From Bacteroidota bacterium (GTDB lineage Bacteria; Bacteroidota; Bacteroidia; Bacteroidales; NBLH01): 64,000 nt of DNA. The DNA lies in contig JBDLJL010000004.1 in assembly GCA_039714415.1 (NCBI GenBank), positions 5,469-69,468 of the forward strand, given 5' to 3'. Below are positions 29,030 through 38,497 of the stretch, piece after piece. Position 1 is the stretch's first letter. Each line of letters opens with the position of its first letter. Below the pieces are notes generated by a model that was not told where the DNA came from, searched no databases, and saw only the letters and a list, made by a program, of their open reading frames with translations. The position numbers and the translations under genes were made by a program.

Positions 29030-30862
29030 CTAATCTATTATTCGAACAGCACCCATATCAGCTGAAGATACTGTCAAAGCATATGCTTTTAATGATTTTG
29101 ACACCTTCCTGTTTCTTCCAACAGGTTTATATGCATCAGTGCCTTTTTGTTCTTCTTTCTTTTTTCTTTCGTCTAACTCCTCTTGCGAAATTAATACATT
29201 TATTTGTCTTTCCGGGATATCAATTTCTATTGAATCACCATCCTGGATTAAAGCGATAGCTCCACCAGCTGCAGCTTCTGGTGAAATATGCCCAATTAAT
29301 AAACCTGATGTACCTCCGGAAAATCTTCCATCAGTAATTAAAGCACATTTTTTATCTAGTTTGGCAGATTTTAAATATGAGGTAGGGTAGAGCATTTCCT
29401 GCATTCCCGGCCCGCCTTTTGGCCCTTCGTAACGGATAACTACAACATCGCCTTCAATAACTTTGTCGTTTAATATCGCATTCATTGCATCATCCTGTGA
29501 ATGGTAAACCTTGGCATTACCTTTAAATTGCAACATTCCTTCGTCTACACCTGCAGTTTTAATAATGCAACCGTTTTCTGCAATATTACCATACAAAACG
29601 GCTAAACCACCATCTTTACTATAAGCATGTTCTATATCTCGGATACAACCATTATGCCTGTCAAGATCCAATTTTTCCTCCATTGTTGATTGTGATGCCA
29701 ATTCTAAATTTCTACCATCCAACCTGGGAGCACTCTTTGCATTGTTAAATGCTTCTTCAATAGCTGTTTTTCTATGAATATCAAATTGGTTTATAGCTTC
29801 TTTTAGTGATGATAAATCCACACGTTTAACATCTAAGTTTAACAGGTTCGCTTTTTCCAGTTCGCCCAGAATTCCTAATATTCCCCCTGCTTTATTAACA
29901 TCTTCCATATGGTAATGCGAACTGGGTGCTACTTTGCAGATATTGGGAACTTTCTTTGAAAGTGTATCAATATCTTTCATATTAAAATTTACACCCGCTT
30001 CATTTGCAATAGCCAAAAGATGCAATACGGTATTTGTACTTCCGCCCATGGCAATGTCAAGGGTCATAGCGTTCATAAAGGCATCTTTTGTAGCAATACT
30101 ATGTGGAAGAACATCTGTATTACCTTTATAATAAAACTCTTCGGTAATTTCAACTAATCTTTTGGTCGCTTTTTCAAATAAACCAAGGCGGCTTTTATGG
30201 GTTGCTACAATAGTTCCGTTACCCGGTAGTGAAAGTCCAAGGGCTTCGGTTAATGAGTTCATTGAGTTGGCTGTGAACATACCTGAGCATGAACCACAGG
30301 TTGGACAAGCATTTTGTTCAATTTCTATAATCTGTTTATCAGTGACTGAATCATCAACGGCCATTACCATTGCATCGACCAAATCAATTTTTTTGTTTTC
30401 AAACTTACCTGACTCCATTGGGCCACCTGAGACAAAAATGGTTGGGATATTCAAACGCATGGCTGCCATAAGCATCCCGGGTGTTATTTTATCGCAATTA
30501 CTTATACAAATTAAGGCATCAGCCTTGTGGGCATTGCACATATATTCCACGCTGTCTGCTATTATCTCACGTGATGGTAAGGAATAGAGCATACCGTCAT
30601 GCCCCATAGCAATTCCATCATCAATGGCAATGGTATTGAATTCAGCGGCAAAATAGCCACTTTCTTCAATAATAGATTTTATATATTGACCAACTTCATG
30701 TAGATGCGCATGCCCTGGAACAAATTGTGTAAATGAATTGGCAATAGCAAAAATGGGTTTACCAAACTGGCTTTCTTTAACACCATTTGCGCGCCATAGG
30801 CTTCTGGCACCTGCCATTCTTCTTCCTTTTGTACTTTCATCGCTACGTAACTGGTTGCTCAT
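29030..30862 (-). CDS. ilvD: Dihydroxy-acid dehydratase
   Basis: [12 protein letters not shown] and [15 protein letters not shown] Fe-S cluster motifs. 610 aa. Confidence 0.96.
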   Translation of the reverse strand: MSNQLRSDESTKGRRMAGARSLWRANGVKESQFGKPIFAIANSFTQFVPGHAHLHEVGQYIKSIIEESGYFAAEFNTIAIDDGIAMGHDGMLYSLPSREIIADSVEYMCNAHKADALICISNCDKITPGMLMAAMRLNIPTIFVSGGPMESGKFENKKIDLVDAMVMAVDDSVTDKQIIEIEQNACPTCGSCSGMFTANSMNSLTEALGLSLPGNGTIVATHKSRLGLFEKATKRLVEITEEFYYKGNTDVLPHSIATKDAFMNAMTLDIAMGGSTNTVLHLLAIANEAGVNFNMKDIDTLSKKVPNICKVAPSSHYHMEDVNKAGGILGILGELEKANLLNLDVKRVDLSSLKEAINQFDIHRKTAIEEAFNNAKSAPRLDGRNLELASQSTMEEKLDLDRHNGCIRDIEHAYSKDGGLAVLYGNIAENGCIIKTAGVDEGMLQFKGNAKVYHSQDDAMNAILNDKVIEGDVVVIRYEGPKGGPGMQEMLYPTSYLKSAKLDKKCALITDGRFSGGTSGLLIGHISPEAAAGGAIALIQDGDSIEIDIPERQINVLISQEELDERKKKEEQKGTDAYKPVGRNRKVSKSLKAYALTVSSADMGAVRIID

Positions 30863-30973
30863 TATATATCTTTATTTTTTTGTTCCTAAATAGATATCGT
30901 ATAGTAATAAATTAGCATTTAATCATCTGTTAGAGTTATTTTTTAAAGAAAAGCTAATTTAATTATTAAACAT

Positions 30974-31005
30974 AAAAAAAGCGCCGTCCTTCGAGAGAAT
31001 GGCGC
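30974..31005 (-). terminator. Intrinsic terminator of the ilv attenuator
   Basis: Minus strand reads GCGCC-A-UUCU-CUCGA-AGGA-C-GGCGC followed by UUUUUUU (plus-strand A7 at 30974-30980). It lies between the leader ORF stop (31027) and the ilvD ATG (30862). Confidence 0.75.
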
Positions 31006-31026
31006 TTTAAGTTTTTATTTATTTAA

Positions 31027-31107
31027 TCACATCATTCTCCCTTGCAGCATTCTAATAATAAAAATGCTAAATACGACAAGAATGACAATGACATTAAATT
31101 TTTGCAT
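31027..31107 (-). CDS. ilv operon leader peptide (26 aa), MQKFNVIVILVVFSIFIIRMLQGRMM
   Basis: Hand translation of the minus strand, ATG at 31107 and TGA at 31029-31027. Eleven of 26 codons are Ile/Val/Leu (5 I, 4 V, 2 L), concentrated at positions 6-18. It sits directly upstream of a terminator and the ilvDBNCA genes. Confidence 0.7.
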   Translation of the reverse strand: MQKFNVIVILVVFSIFIIRMLQGRMM

Positions 31108-31364
31108 ATTTTTGCTCAATTTTTAGGTGGTAAAAGTATGAGATATATTTTAAAAAAAGCAAAGGTTTAAAGAATAAAATTATAAATTTTTCACACACAA
31201 CTGTATTTTGTTGATTATTAGTTGAATATGTTGTTTGTGAGATGTTGAGTGAAATGATAATTTCACTATTATTCATGATTTTTAAATGGAAAATACCTTA
31301 ATATTATTAGATTTTTAACTAAAATATTAGCTTTTTGCTAATTATTTGATGTTTTATTAAAAGG

Positions 31365-32051
31365 ATGAACAAAAAGGGATTACAAATATTATTTTTTGTT
31401 ATTATAAGCATAATCATTACTCTATTTCTTTATTATGATTTGCAAACATGGTTACAAGTTGAAAATATTGTGTTAGTAAAAAACTATTTCTTAAATTTAG
31501 GGATGGTTGCACCTTTTTATATGGTGATCATTTATATTCTTTTTAACCTTGCTGCAATTCCAAGAGTGTTTTTTACTATTTTTTCAGGTTATATTTTTGG
31601 TTTATTTTATGGGTTTATATTTGCATGGTTGGCTACTCTTGCAGGTTTAATTGTAACTTTTATAAGCATAAGGTATTTGTTTAAAGAAAAGTTTGAACAA
31701 AAGTTTGGCAAAAAAGAAATAGTTGAAAGACTAAATATGCAAATTGAGAAAAGGGGAATAATTTTAGTGATTTTTTTAAGAGCAATTTATGTGGTACCCT
31801 CTTCGGTTTTGAATTATTCGTTTGGTTTTACCAAAATAAAAACGTTTACATATTTATTAGGTTCTGCAATAGGGTTTATACCTGTTGTTTTTATAAATGT
31901 TTATGCAGGTTTTGAAATAGGACAAAAAGTTAATTCAGAAACTAATATAAGTTATTTATATGTTTCTATTTTTATTACACTTTTGGTAACTCTCTATATT
32001 ATTTTAAAGAATTATGTAAAAAGGATACCCATTTTTTCATCCAAAAACTAA
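31365..32051 (+). CDS. TVP38/TMEM64 (DedA-related) family membrane protein
   Basis: Polytopic, with the pattern NLAAIPRVFFTIFSGYIFG ... YVVPSSVLNYSFGFTKI typical of the family. Confidence 0.7.
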   Translation: MNKKGLQILFFVIISIIITLFLYYDLQTWLQVENIVLVKNYFLNLGMVAPFYMVIIYILFNLAAIPRVFFTIFSGYIFGLFYGFIFAWLATLAGLIVTFISIRYLFKEKFEQKFGKKEIVERLNMQIEKRGIILVIFLRAIYVVPSSVLNYSFGFTKIKTFTYLLGSAIGFIPVVFINVYAGFEIGQKVNSETNISYLYVSIFITLLVTLYIILKNYVKRIPIFSSKN

Positions 32052-32057
32052 AATATT

Positions 32058-33878
32058 TTAAAACATCTGTAAATCATGCAGTTTTTTATAAGTACCATCT
32101 TTTAATATTAAGTCTTTATGATTTCCACGTTCAACAATTTTTCCTTCATGTAGCACACAAATTTCATCGGCATGTTTTATTGTTGACAATCTGTGGGCAA
32201 TAACAATTGATGTACGGTTTTTCATTAAATTTGTTAATGCATCTTGTACAAGCCTTTCTGATTCAGTATCCAATGCAGAAGTTGCCTCATCAAGAATAAG
32301 GATTGGTGGGTTTTTTAACACTGCCCGGGCAATGCTCAAGCGTTGTCTCTGACCACCGGATAATTTACTTCCCCTGTCACCAATATTTGTTTGATAGCCT
32401 TCAGCTGTTTCTAAAATAAATTCATGGGCATTTGCTACTTTGGCTGCTGCAATAACCTCTTCTGGTGTTGCACTTTTTACTCCAAAAGCTATATTGTTGA
32501 AGATGGTATCGTTAAATAATATTGATTCCTGATTAACATTGCCCATTAATGAACGTAAATCCTTTATTTTTAAGCTTTTGATTGACAGCCCATCAATTTT
32601 AATATCTCCTTCATTTATATCATAAAATCTGGGCAACAGATCAACAAGTGTCGATTTTCCTGAACCAGACTGACCAACTAAGGCAAGTGATTTACCTTTA
32701 GATACTTTTAAGTTAATATTTTTTAGAACTTGTTGTTTTTCATATTTAAAACTAACATCTTCAAACTCAATACTTGATGTAAATTCTCTAATTTCCAAAG
32801 GTTTGTCGCACTCTTTAATTACTTCTTCTGTGTTTATCACTTCATTTATCCTGTCAATTGAAGCCATTCCTTTTTGTATCTTGTAGTATGCTGAAGTAAC
32901 TGCTTTTGCAGGACTTATTATTTGAGAAAAAATAGTAATGTAACCAATAAATACTTCCGGTTGCATTTCTACTTTATTACCAAGGACCATGGTTGCACCA
33001 TAATACATAACAATTAATAATGTTAATACTCCAAAAAATTCACTTAATGGCGATGCTAAATACTCTTTCCTGAATATTTTGTTTGCTATTCTGGTATATT
33101 TATCGTTTTCCTGATAAAATCTTTCCTGCATTTTTTTTTCGGCAACAAAGGCTTTAATAATTCTGAGACCGCCAACGGTTTCTTCAATAATTGACATTAA
33201 TGTACCCATTCTTTGTCTGTATTCTGCGGAGCTTTTTCTTAGGCTTTTCCCTATCTTTCCAACGAGAAACCCACTTAGTGGAAGAAATATCAAAATAAAT
33301 ACAGTAAGGCTTGGGCTAATAAAAAATAAAGTTATAAGGAAAATAATTATATGTATCGGATCACGAAAAAACATAGTTATGGAAGAGATTGCTGACATTT
33401 CAAATTCTTGAACATCAGTGGTCATCCGGGACATGATATTCCCTTTTTGTTCATCTGTTAAATATCCCAAATGCAAGTTTAAAACTTTTTTGTAAATCAG
33501 GTTCCTAATGTCTTTAATAATTCCATTTCGAAGTGATGCAAGATTGAATTTAGCGAAAAAGATAAAAAAGTTCTTAAAAAATATCATAATCATTATGAAC
33601 ATGATAACAAAAATCAGTGCCTGTATTTTCCCATTCTCAGTAATTAAACGGCTTATGTAATAGTAAAAATAATCCAGCAAATCATTTACTGAGAAAGACA
33701 ATTCCGGTTTTTGTATCACAAGTTCTTTGCTCCCAAACAGAATTCCGAGAAAAGGAATCAGTAATCCTAGTGAAAATAAAGAAAAGAACGCGGATATAAG
33801 ATTGAAAAGAATATTCAGTAATGCCTGAACTTTATATGGTTTGATATATATTATTACCAAACGAAAAAAATCTCTCAT
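32058..33878 (-). CDS. MsbA-like ABC exporter (fused TMD-NBD), copy 1
   Basis: Six-helix TMD followed by Walker A GQSGSGKST, signature LSGGQRQR and Walker B ILILDEATSALD. Confidence 0.9.
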   Translation of the reverse strand: MRDFFRLVIIYIKPYKVQALLNILFNLISAFFSLFSLGLLIPFLGILFGSKELVIQKPELSFSVNDLLDYFYYYISRLITENGKIQALIFVIMFIMIMIFFKNFFIFFAKFNLASLRNGIIKDIRNLIYKKVLNLHLGYLTDEQKGNIMSRMTTDVQEFEMSAISSITMFFRDPIHIIIFLITLFFISPSLTVFILIFLPLSGFLVGKIGKSLRKSSAEYRQRMGTLMSIIEETVGGLRIIKAFVAEKKMQERFYQENDKYTRIANKIFRKEYLASPLSEFFGVLTLLIVMYYGATMVLGNKVEMQPEVFIGYITIFSQIISPAKAVTSAYYKIQKGMASIDRINEVINTEEVIKECDKPLEIREFTSSIEFEDVSFKYEKQQVLKNINLKVSKGKSLALVGQSGSGKSTLVDLLPRFYDINEGDIKIDGLSIKSLKIKDLRSLMGNVNQESILFNDTIFNNIAFGVKSATPEEVIAAAKVANAHEFILETAEGYQTNIGDRGSKLSGGQRQRLSIARAVLKNPPILILDEATSALDTESERLVQDALTNLMKNRTSIVIAHRLSTIKHADEICVLHEGKIVERGNHKDLILKDGTYKKLHDLQMF

Positions 33879-33923
33879 GAGTCAATAATTTGTTCAAATG
33901 TTTTATTCTATTGCTACAAAAGC

Positions 33924-34871
33924 TTAGTTCTTGTTTTTAAGCAGAATGTAGTTTTTAAAACCACCAATGGTCCTTCCCCCGAGTATGTTGTTTTCAATCC
34001 ATGAGATTATACGGTATTTAAGTCTTTCATGTCTATACAAAGGCCTGTTAGTTGGTAAAGGGCCATCGTATTGCAATTGATCTTTCCAGTCAAATTTCTC
34101 AATCCATTTACTTAAAACGGCAGGATGTGTTTCTTTAAATATTTGCAGCTTGTTTAAGGGACCATAACTAAACACACCTTGTGACCTTGCATTGGCTTCT
34201 TTGGCACCTAAATGATTGGTCATGAATGCCTTATTCTTAGCTTTCATTAATTTAGGAGGCCTAACCCAGCCGTAATGATAAATATCAGCACCAGCATTAA
34301 CTACTTTAAGTTTATAGGTACCTTTCTGTTGTCGGAAGTTTAGTCCTTCAAAACCAGGTATCCGCCTAAATGACTGGGCTGATTCCCATGAATAAATTTC
34401 AGGATTGTTTCTTATAATTCGAATTTCTTTTTTATACCATTGGTGTGAAAAATGATAATGATCATAATCACCCCAAAAATGTTTATAATCAAACAAAAAG
34501 CCTTCTACTGTTTTATCATCAAGGTGTTTTTGACAAAGATTACGTAGTCCTTCATGGTATTTTTCATGAATAAGTTCATCATTTTGAATATAGATTAACC
34601 AATCGCCTGAACATTGCTCTTTCGCAATATTTGATTGATGTGCATGTTCCATTCCTCTTGGGTATTTTTCAATATCCCATTTAGTATGTATTATTTTAAT
34701 TTTATCACTTCCAATACTTTCAATTTCAGCTAGTGTATTATCATCTTCATCACAATCGCCCAGAGCAAAAATAAACTCATCAACCATTGGGAGAACACTC
34801 ATGATTGATTCTTTGACCGGATAATATAATTTACCGACATTTTTACCCATTGAAAAACCACTAATCTTCAT
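33924..34871 (-). CDS. Glycosyltransferase-like protein (GT2-like fold), paralog 1
   Basis: MKISGFSMGKN...VDEFIFALGDCDEDDNTL...WLIYIQNDELIHE resembles the SGF(S/T)FIRNA-type glycosyltransferases of Bacteroidota as I remember them. It is a paralog of 37637-38494. Confidence 0.6.
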   Translation of the reverse strand: MKISGFSMGKNVGKLYYPVKESIMSVLPMVDEFIFALGDCDEDDNTLAEIESIGSDKIKIIHTKWDIEKYPRGMEHAHQSNIAKEQCSGDWLIYIQNDELIHEKYHEGLRNLCQKHLDDKTVEGFLFDYKHFWGDYDHYHFSHQWYKKEIRIIRNNPEIYSWESAQSFRRIPGFEGLNFRQQKGTYKLKVVNAGADIYHYGWVRPPKLMKAKNKAFMTNHLGAKEANARSQGVFSYGPLNKLQIFKETHPAVLSKWIEKFDWKDQLQYDGPLPTNRPLYRHERLKYRIISWIENNILGGRTIGGFKNYILLKNKN

Positions 34872-34892
34872 ACGAATATTATTAATTGTTTA

Positions 34893-34922
34893 AATTTTCT
34901 TATAATTTTCTTATAATTTTCT
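34893..34922. repeat. About 2.7 tandem copies of the 11-mer AATTTTCTTAT
   Basis: Direct reading, in the 56-nt spacer between the ABC copy 2 stop and the GT paralog 1 start. Confidence 0.7.
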
Positions 34923-34927
34923 ACCGG

Positions 34928-36748
34928 TTAAAACATTTGTAAATCATGTAGCTTTTTATAAGGCCCATCATTTTTGATTAAATTTTCATGATTTCCACGT
35001 TCAACAATTTTACCTTCATGTAGCACACAAATTTCATCAGCATGTTTTATTGTTGATAACCTGTGGGCAATAACAATTGAAGTACGGTTCTTCATTAAAT
35101 TTGTTAATGCATCTTGAACTAAGCGCTCTGATTCAGTATCCAATGCAGATGTTGCCTCATCAAGAATAAGGATTGGTGGGTTTTTTAACACCGCACGGGC
35201 AATACTGAGTCGTTGTCTCTGACCACCTGATAATTTACTGCCCCGGTCACCAATATTCGTTTGGTAGCCCTCAGCTGTTTCCATTATAAATTCATGAGCA
35301 TTTGCTACTTTGGCAGCGGCAATAACTTCATCCTGCGATGCCCTTTCTACTCCAAATGCGATATTATTAAAAATGGTATCGTTAAATAAAATGGATTCTT
35401 GATTTACATTGCCCATTAGTGAGCGCAAATTTTTTATTTTAAGGTTTTTAATTGATTGTCCATCAATCTTAATCGTACCATTTTCAATGTCATAAAACCG
35501 GGGGAGCATGTCAACTAATGTTGATTTTCCTGAACCTGATTGTCCTACCAGCGCAAGAGTATTGCCTTTTTTTATTTCAATGTTTATATTTTTCAGGACA
35601 TCATTTTCAGTATATTTAAAGCTAACATTTTCAAAAATTATATTGTTTTGAAATTCTGAAATTGATTGGGCATTTTTTTGTTCTTTAATGCTTATTTCTG
35701 TATCTAAAATAACATTTATACGCTCCATTGCAGCAAGGCCCTTTTGAACACGATAATATGCAGATGTTACCGCTTTTGCAGGATTAATAATTTGGGAGAA
35801 TATAGCAATGTAACCTATAAAAATTTCGGGCGACATATCACTTTGTTCACCAAGCACCATGGTTGCGCCATAGTACATAACAATCATTAATGTAAGCACG
35901 CCTAAAAATTCACTTAAAGGTGAAGCTAAATATTCTCGTCTGAAAACACGGTTTACAATTTTAGTATAGCCTTGATTCTCATTTAAAAACCGTTGTTCTA
36001 TTTTCTTTTCTGCATTAAAAGCTTTGATAATTCTCAAGCCCCCGATGGTCTCTTCCATATATGAAAGGAGAGTCCCCATTCTTATCCGGGCCTCTGAAGA
36101 GGTTTTTTTCAGACTTTTTCCAATTCGGCCAATAATCAGTCCGCTGATGGGCAACAATACAATTATTAATAAAGTTAGGCCCGGGCTTATAAAAAGTAAG
36201 GAGGTAAAGAAAATAATAATTAAAATAGGATCCCTGAAAATCATTTCAATAGAAGCTATGGCAGACCATTCAAACTCTTGTGCGTCTGAAGTCATTCTTG
36301 AAATAATATCACCCTTTTTTTCTTCAGAGAAGAATCCAATATGCAGGTTTAATACTTTATTATATATTTTATTCCTGATATCTTTAACAATACCATTACG
36401 AAGAGGGGCCATAAAAAAATTTGCAAAATAGATAAACAGGTTTTTTAAAAGTATCGCAACTAATACAAATATACTTACATACAATAGAGCTGTTATCTTC
36501 CCTTCCTCTATGATTATCAGGCTTATATAATAATTAAAATAGTTTAAAATAGCTTCTGATTTAAATACAAAATCTGGTTTTTCCAGAATTAGTTCTTGAC
36601 TTTCAAACAAAATCCCAAGAAAAGGTATTAATAAGGTTAGAGAAAATAAAGAAAATACAGCTCCTAATATATTCAATAAAATATTTAAAAGCGCATTAAT
36701 TTTATATGGCTTTATATATGGTAATACTATTTTTATAAACTCTTTCAT
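34928..36748 (-). CDS. MsbA-like ABC exporter (fused TMD-NBD), copy 2
   Basis: Same motifs as copy 1. The last roughly 165 aa are nearly identical to copy 1. Confidence 0.9.
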   Translation of the reverse strand: MKEFIKIVLPYIKPYKINALLNILLNILGAVFSLFSLTLLIPFLGILFESQELILEKPDFVFKSEAILNYFNYYISLIIIEEGKITALLYVSIFVLVAILLKNLFIYFANFFMAPLRNGIVKDIRNKIYNKVLNLHIGFFSEEKKGDIISRMTSDAQEFEWSAIASIEMIFRDPILIIIFFTSLLFISPGLTLLIIVLLPISGLIIGRIGKSLKKTSSEARIRMGTLLSYMEETIGGLRIIKAFNAEKKIEQRFLNENQGYTKIVNRVFRREYLASPLSEFLGVLTLMIVMYYGATMVLGEQSDMSPEIFIGYIAIFSQIINPAKAVTSAYYRVQKGLAAMERINVILDTEISIKEQKNAQSISEFQNNIIFENVSFKYTENDVLKNINIEIKKGNTLALVGQSGSGKSTLVDMLPRFYDIENGTIKIDGQSIKNLKIKNLRSLMGNVNQESILFNDTIFNNIAFGVERASQDEVIAAAKVANAHEFIMETAEGYQTNIGDRGSKLSGGQRQRLSIARAVLKNPPILILDEATSALDTESERLVQDALTNLMKNRTSIVIAHRLSTIKHADEICVLHEGKIVERGNHENLIKNDGPYKKLHDLQMF

Positions 36749-36822
36749 TTATCTGCTTATGAAACCCTCAATGATGGATATTTTAATAAATGTGATTCCT
36801 TCACTAAGGGAAATTATTGTTT

Positions 36823-36830
36823 TATCTTTG
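36823..36830 (+). promoter_or_regulatory. Candidate -7 box TATCTTTG (TAnnTTTG)
   Basis: Lies 63 nt upstream of the ATG at 36893, in the divergent spacer. Confidence 0.25.
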
Positions 36831-36892
36831 TAAATAAAGACCAAAAGTATATATATTCGTTGAATTTTAAATAGTATTTAAATATTTATTAT

Positions 36893-37378
36893 ATGAAGTT
36901 AGCTGCTGAATTTTTGTTTTATTTTGTAATAATTGTTGTTATATATCTACTCGTAAGAAATATTTTAGGAGTTGGCCGTAAGACAGTTTCTGTTACGAAA
37001 ATTAACAATCTGTTTAAAAAAATTGATAAAAAGTATGAATTGTTTTTAAAAAACCAGGTACATAATGTTTTCCTGACAAAAGAAAATCATAAAGTTGAAA
37101 TTGAAAAACTTGCTGATTTGTGCATGACTGTTATCAAACCCCAGGTTGATGGAATTTATGCCCTTGTCCGTTTAAAAGCAAAAGCGGGAAGTGGAATAAA
37201 TTTTTCATCGAAATATTTTGAAGGGGTAATAGCAATAACAGAAGCATTATTAATAAGGGATACTAAAGCCCATAAACTTACCGAAAAAGATAAAAAAGAA
37301 TTTTATTCTGCTTTTAAAGTAAATATGGTTTCTGATATAACTGAACGTATTTATATTAATGAAGAAGAAATTGAATAA
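36893..37378 (+). CDS. Hypothetical membrane-anchored protein
   Basis: Single N-terminal TM (FLFYFVIIVVIYLLV). No motif recognised. Confidence 0.5.
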   Translation: MKLAAEFLFYFVIIVVIYLLVRNILGVGRKTVSVTKINNLFKKIDKKYELFLKNQVHNVFLTKENHKVEIEKLADLCMTVIKPQVDGIYALVRLKAKAGSGINFSSKYFEGVIAITEALLIRDTKAHKLTEKDKKEFYSAFKVNMVSDITERIYINEEEIE

Positions 37379-37434
37379 GAATTTAAGGCTATAGTTTTTA
37401 ATTAGCCTTTGAACGAAAAAGTATTAAATTTCGA

Positions 37435-37482
37435 TTTTCAATGACTTTTAAGCTCTTCCCTAAAGGGTGAAGTCATTGAAAA
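37435..37482. repeat. 13-bp perfect inverted repeat TTTTCAATGACTT / AAGTCATTGAAAA with 22-nt loop
   Basis: Direct reading. The loop contains a second small palindrome, CCCTAAAGGG. No T-run follows on either strand. Confidence 0.7.
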
Positions 37483-37636
37483 CCTGCTCTCTTTAGGGTT
37501 TGGGGTAAATCGATTTTTGATGGCGAACCCTTTTCTGTTCAAGAACTAATTACCAGTTGCCTGTTAATTAGGGCATAATAGGTGTCTTTATGTGTCACCA
37601 TTATTTTAAACCAAAGCCAAATTTAATAATATACAT

Positions 37637-38494
37637 ATGAAAGTAAGCGGTTTTTCTTTCATCCGAAATGCTGAAAAGTTTGGATTTCCTATTATTGAAG
37701 CTATTAAATCGATACTTCCTGTCTGTGATGATTTTTACATAGCTGTTGGGAAATCAGATGATAATACGCTTGAATTGATAAAACAAATAGCACCGGATAA
37801 AATTAAAATAATTGAAACCATTTGGGATGATTCCTTAAGGGAAGGTGGTAAAGTACTTGCAATAGAAACCAACAAAGCATTTCAGGCAATTGCAGGTGAT
37901 TCTGATTGGGCATTTTACATACAGGGTGATGAGGTGGTGCATGAGAAATACCTGCCAGAAATTAAGAAACAAATGAAATTATGGAAAGATGATAAGAAAG
38001 TTGATGGCTTATTATTTAAATATCTTCATTTTTATGGTTCTTATGACTATGTTGGTGATTCGGCAAAATGGTATCCAAGAGAAATAAGGCTCATAAAAAA
38101 CGATAAAAAAATATACTCTTTTAAAGATGCCCAGGGATTTCGAAAAGGGAATAATAAAAAACTAAGGGTTAAACCAATAAATGCTTATATGTATCATTAT
38201 GGGTGGGTAAAACCACCTGAAATGCAAGAGCAGAAAGTTACAAACTTTCAGAAACTCTGGCATTCAGATCAGTGGATAAATGATGAGTTTAAATTTGATT
38301 ACTCTAATATTGATGAATTAGCTCATTTTGAAGGTACACAACCAAAGGTAATGAAAGAATTAATTGCCCAAAAAAATTGGCTCTTTGAATATGATATTTC
38401 CCAGAACAAGTTAAATCTTAAAAATAGATTCAAAAACCTTGTAAAAAAGTATTTCGGTATTGAAATAGGCTATAAGAATTATAAAATTGTTTAG
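37637..38494 (+). CDS. Glycosyltransferase-like protein (GT2-like fold), paralog 2
   Basis: MKVSGFSFIRNAEKFGFPIIEAI...DDFYIAVGKSDDNTL...AFYIQGDEVVHE. Colinear with 33924-34871. Confidence 0.6.
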   Translation: MKVSGFSFIRNAEKFGFPIIEAIKSILPVCDDFYIAVGKSDDNTLELIKQIAPDKIKIIETIWDDSLREGGKVLAIETNKAFQAIAGDSDWAFYIQGDEVVHEKYLPEIKKQMKLWKDDKKVDGLLFKYLHFYGSYDYVGDSAKWYPREIRLIKNDKKIYSFKDAQGFRKGNNKKLRVKPINAYMYHYGWVKPPEMQEQKVTNFQKLWHSDQWINDEFKFDYSNIDELAHFEGTQPKVMKELIAQKNWLFEYDISQNKLNLKNRFKNLVKKYFGIEIGYKNYKIV

Positions 38495-38497
38495 TTA

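Noticed and set aside
28957-29259. A 100-aa + strand ORF spanning the ilvD 3' end and the octamer repeat
   Set aside because: It is antisense to ilvD for most of its length and otherwise reads through low-complexity repeat sequence.
30162-30587. A 141-aa + strand ORF, with others at 29139-29390 and 29934-30131, antisense to ilvD
   Set aside because: Shadow ORFs within the highly conserved ilvD frame. No independent evidence supports them.
31094-31276. A 60-aa minus-strand ORF upstream of ilvD
   Set aside because: It overlaps the start of the much better supported 26-codon leader ORF in another frame and has no recognisable features. The leader/attenuator interpretation explains the region.
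36024-36431. A 135-aa + strand ORF antisense to ABC exporter copy 2
   Set aside because: It is embedded in the TMD coding region of a confidently called gene, and no motif was recognised.
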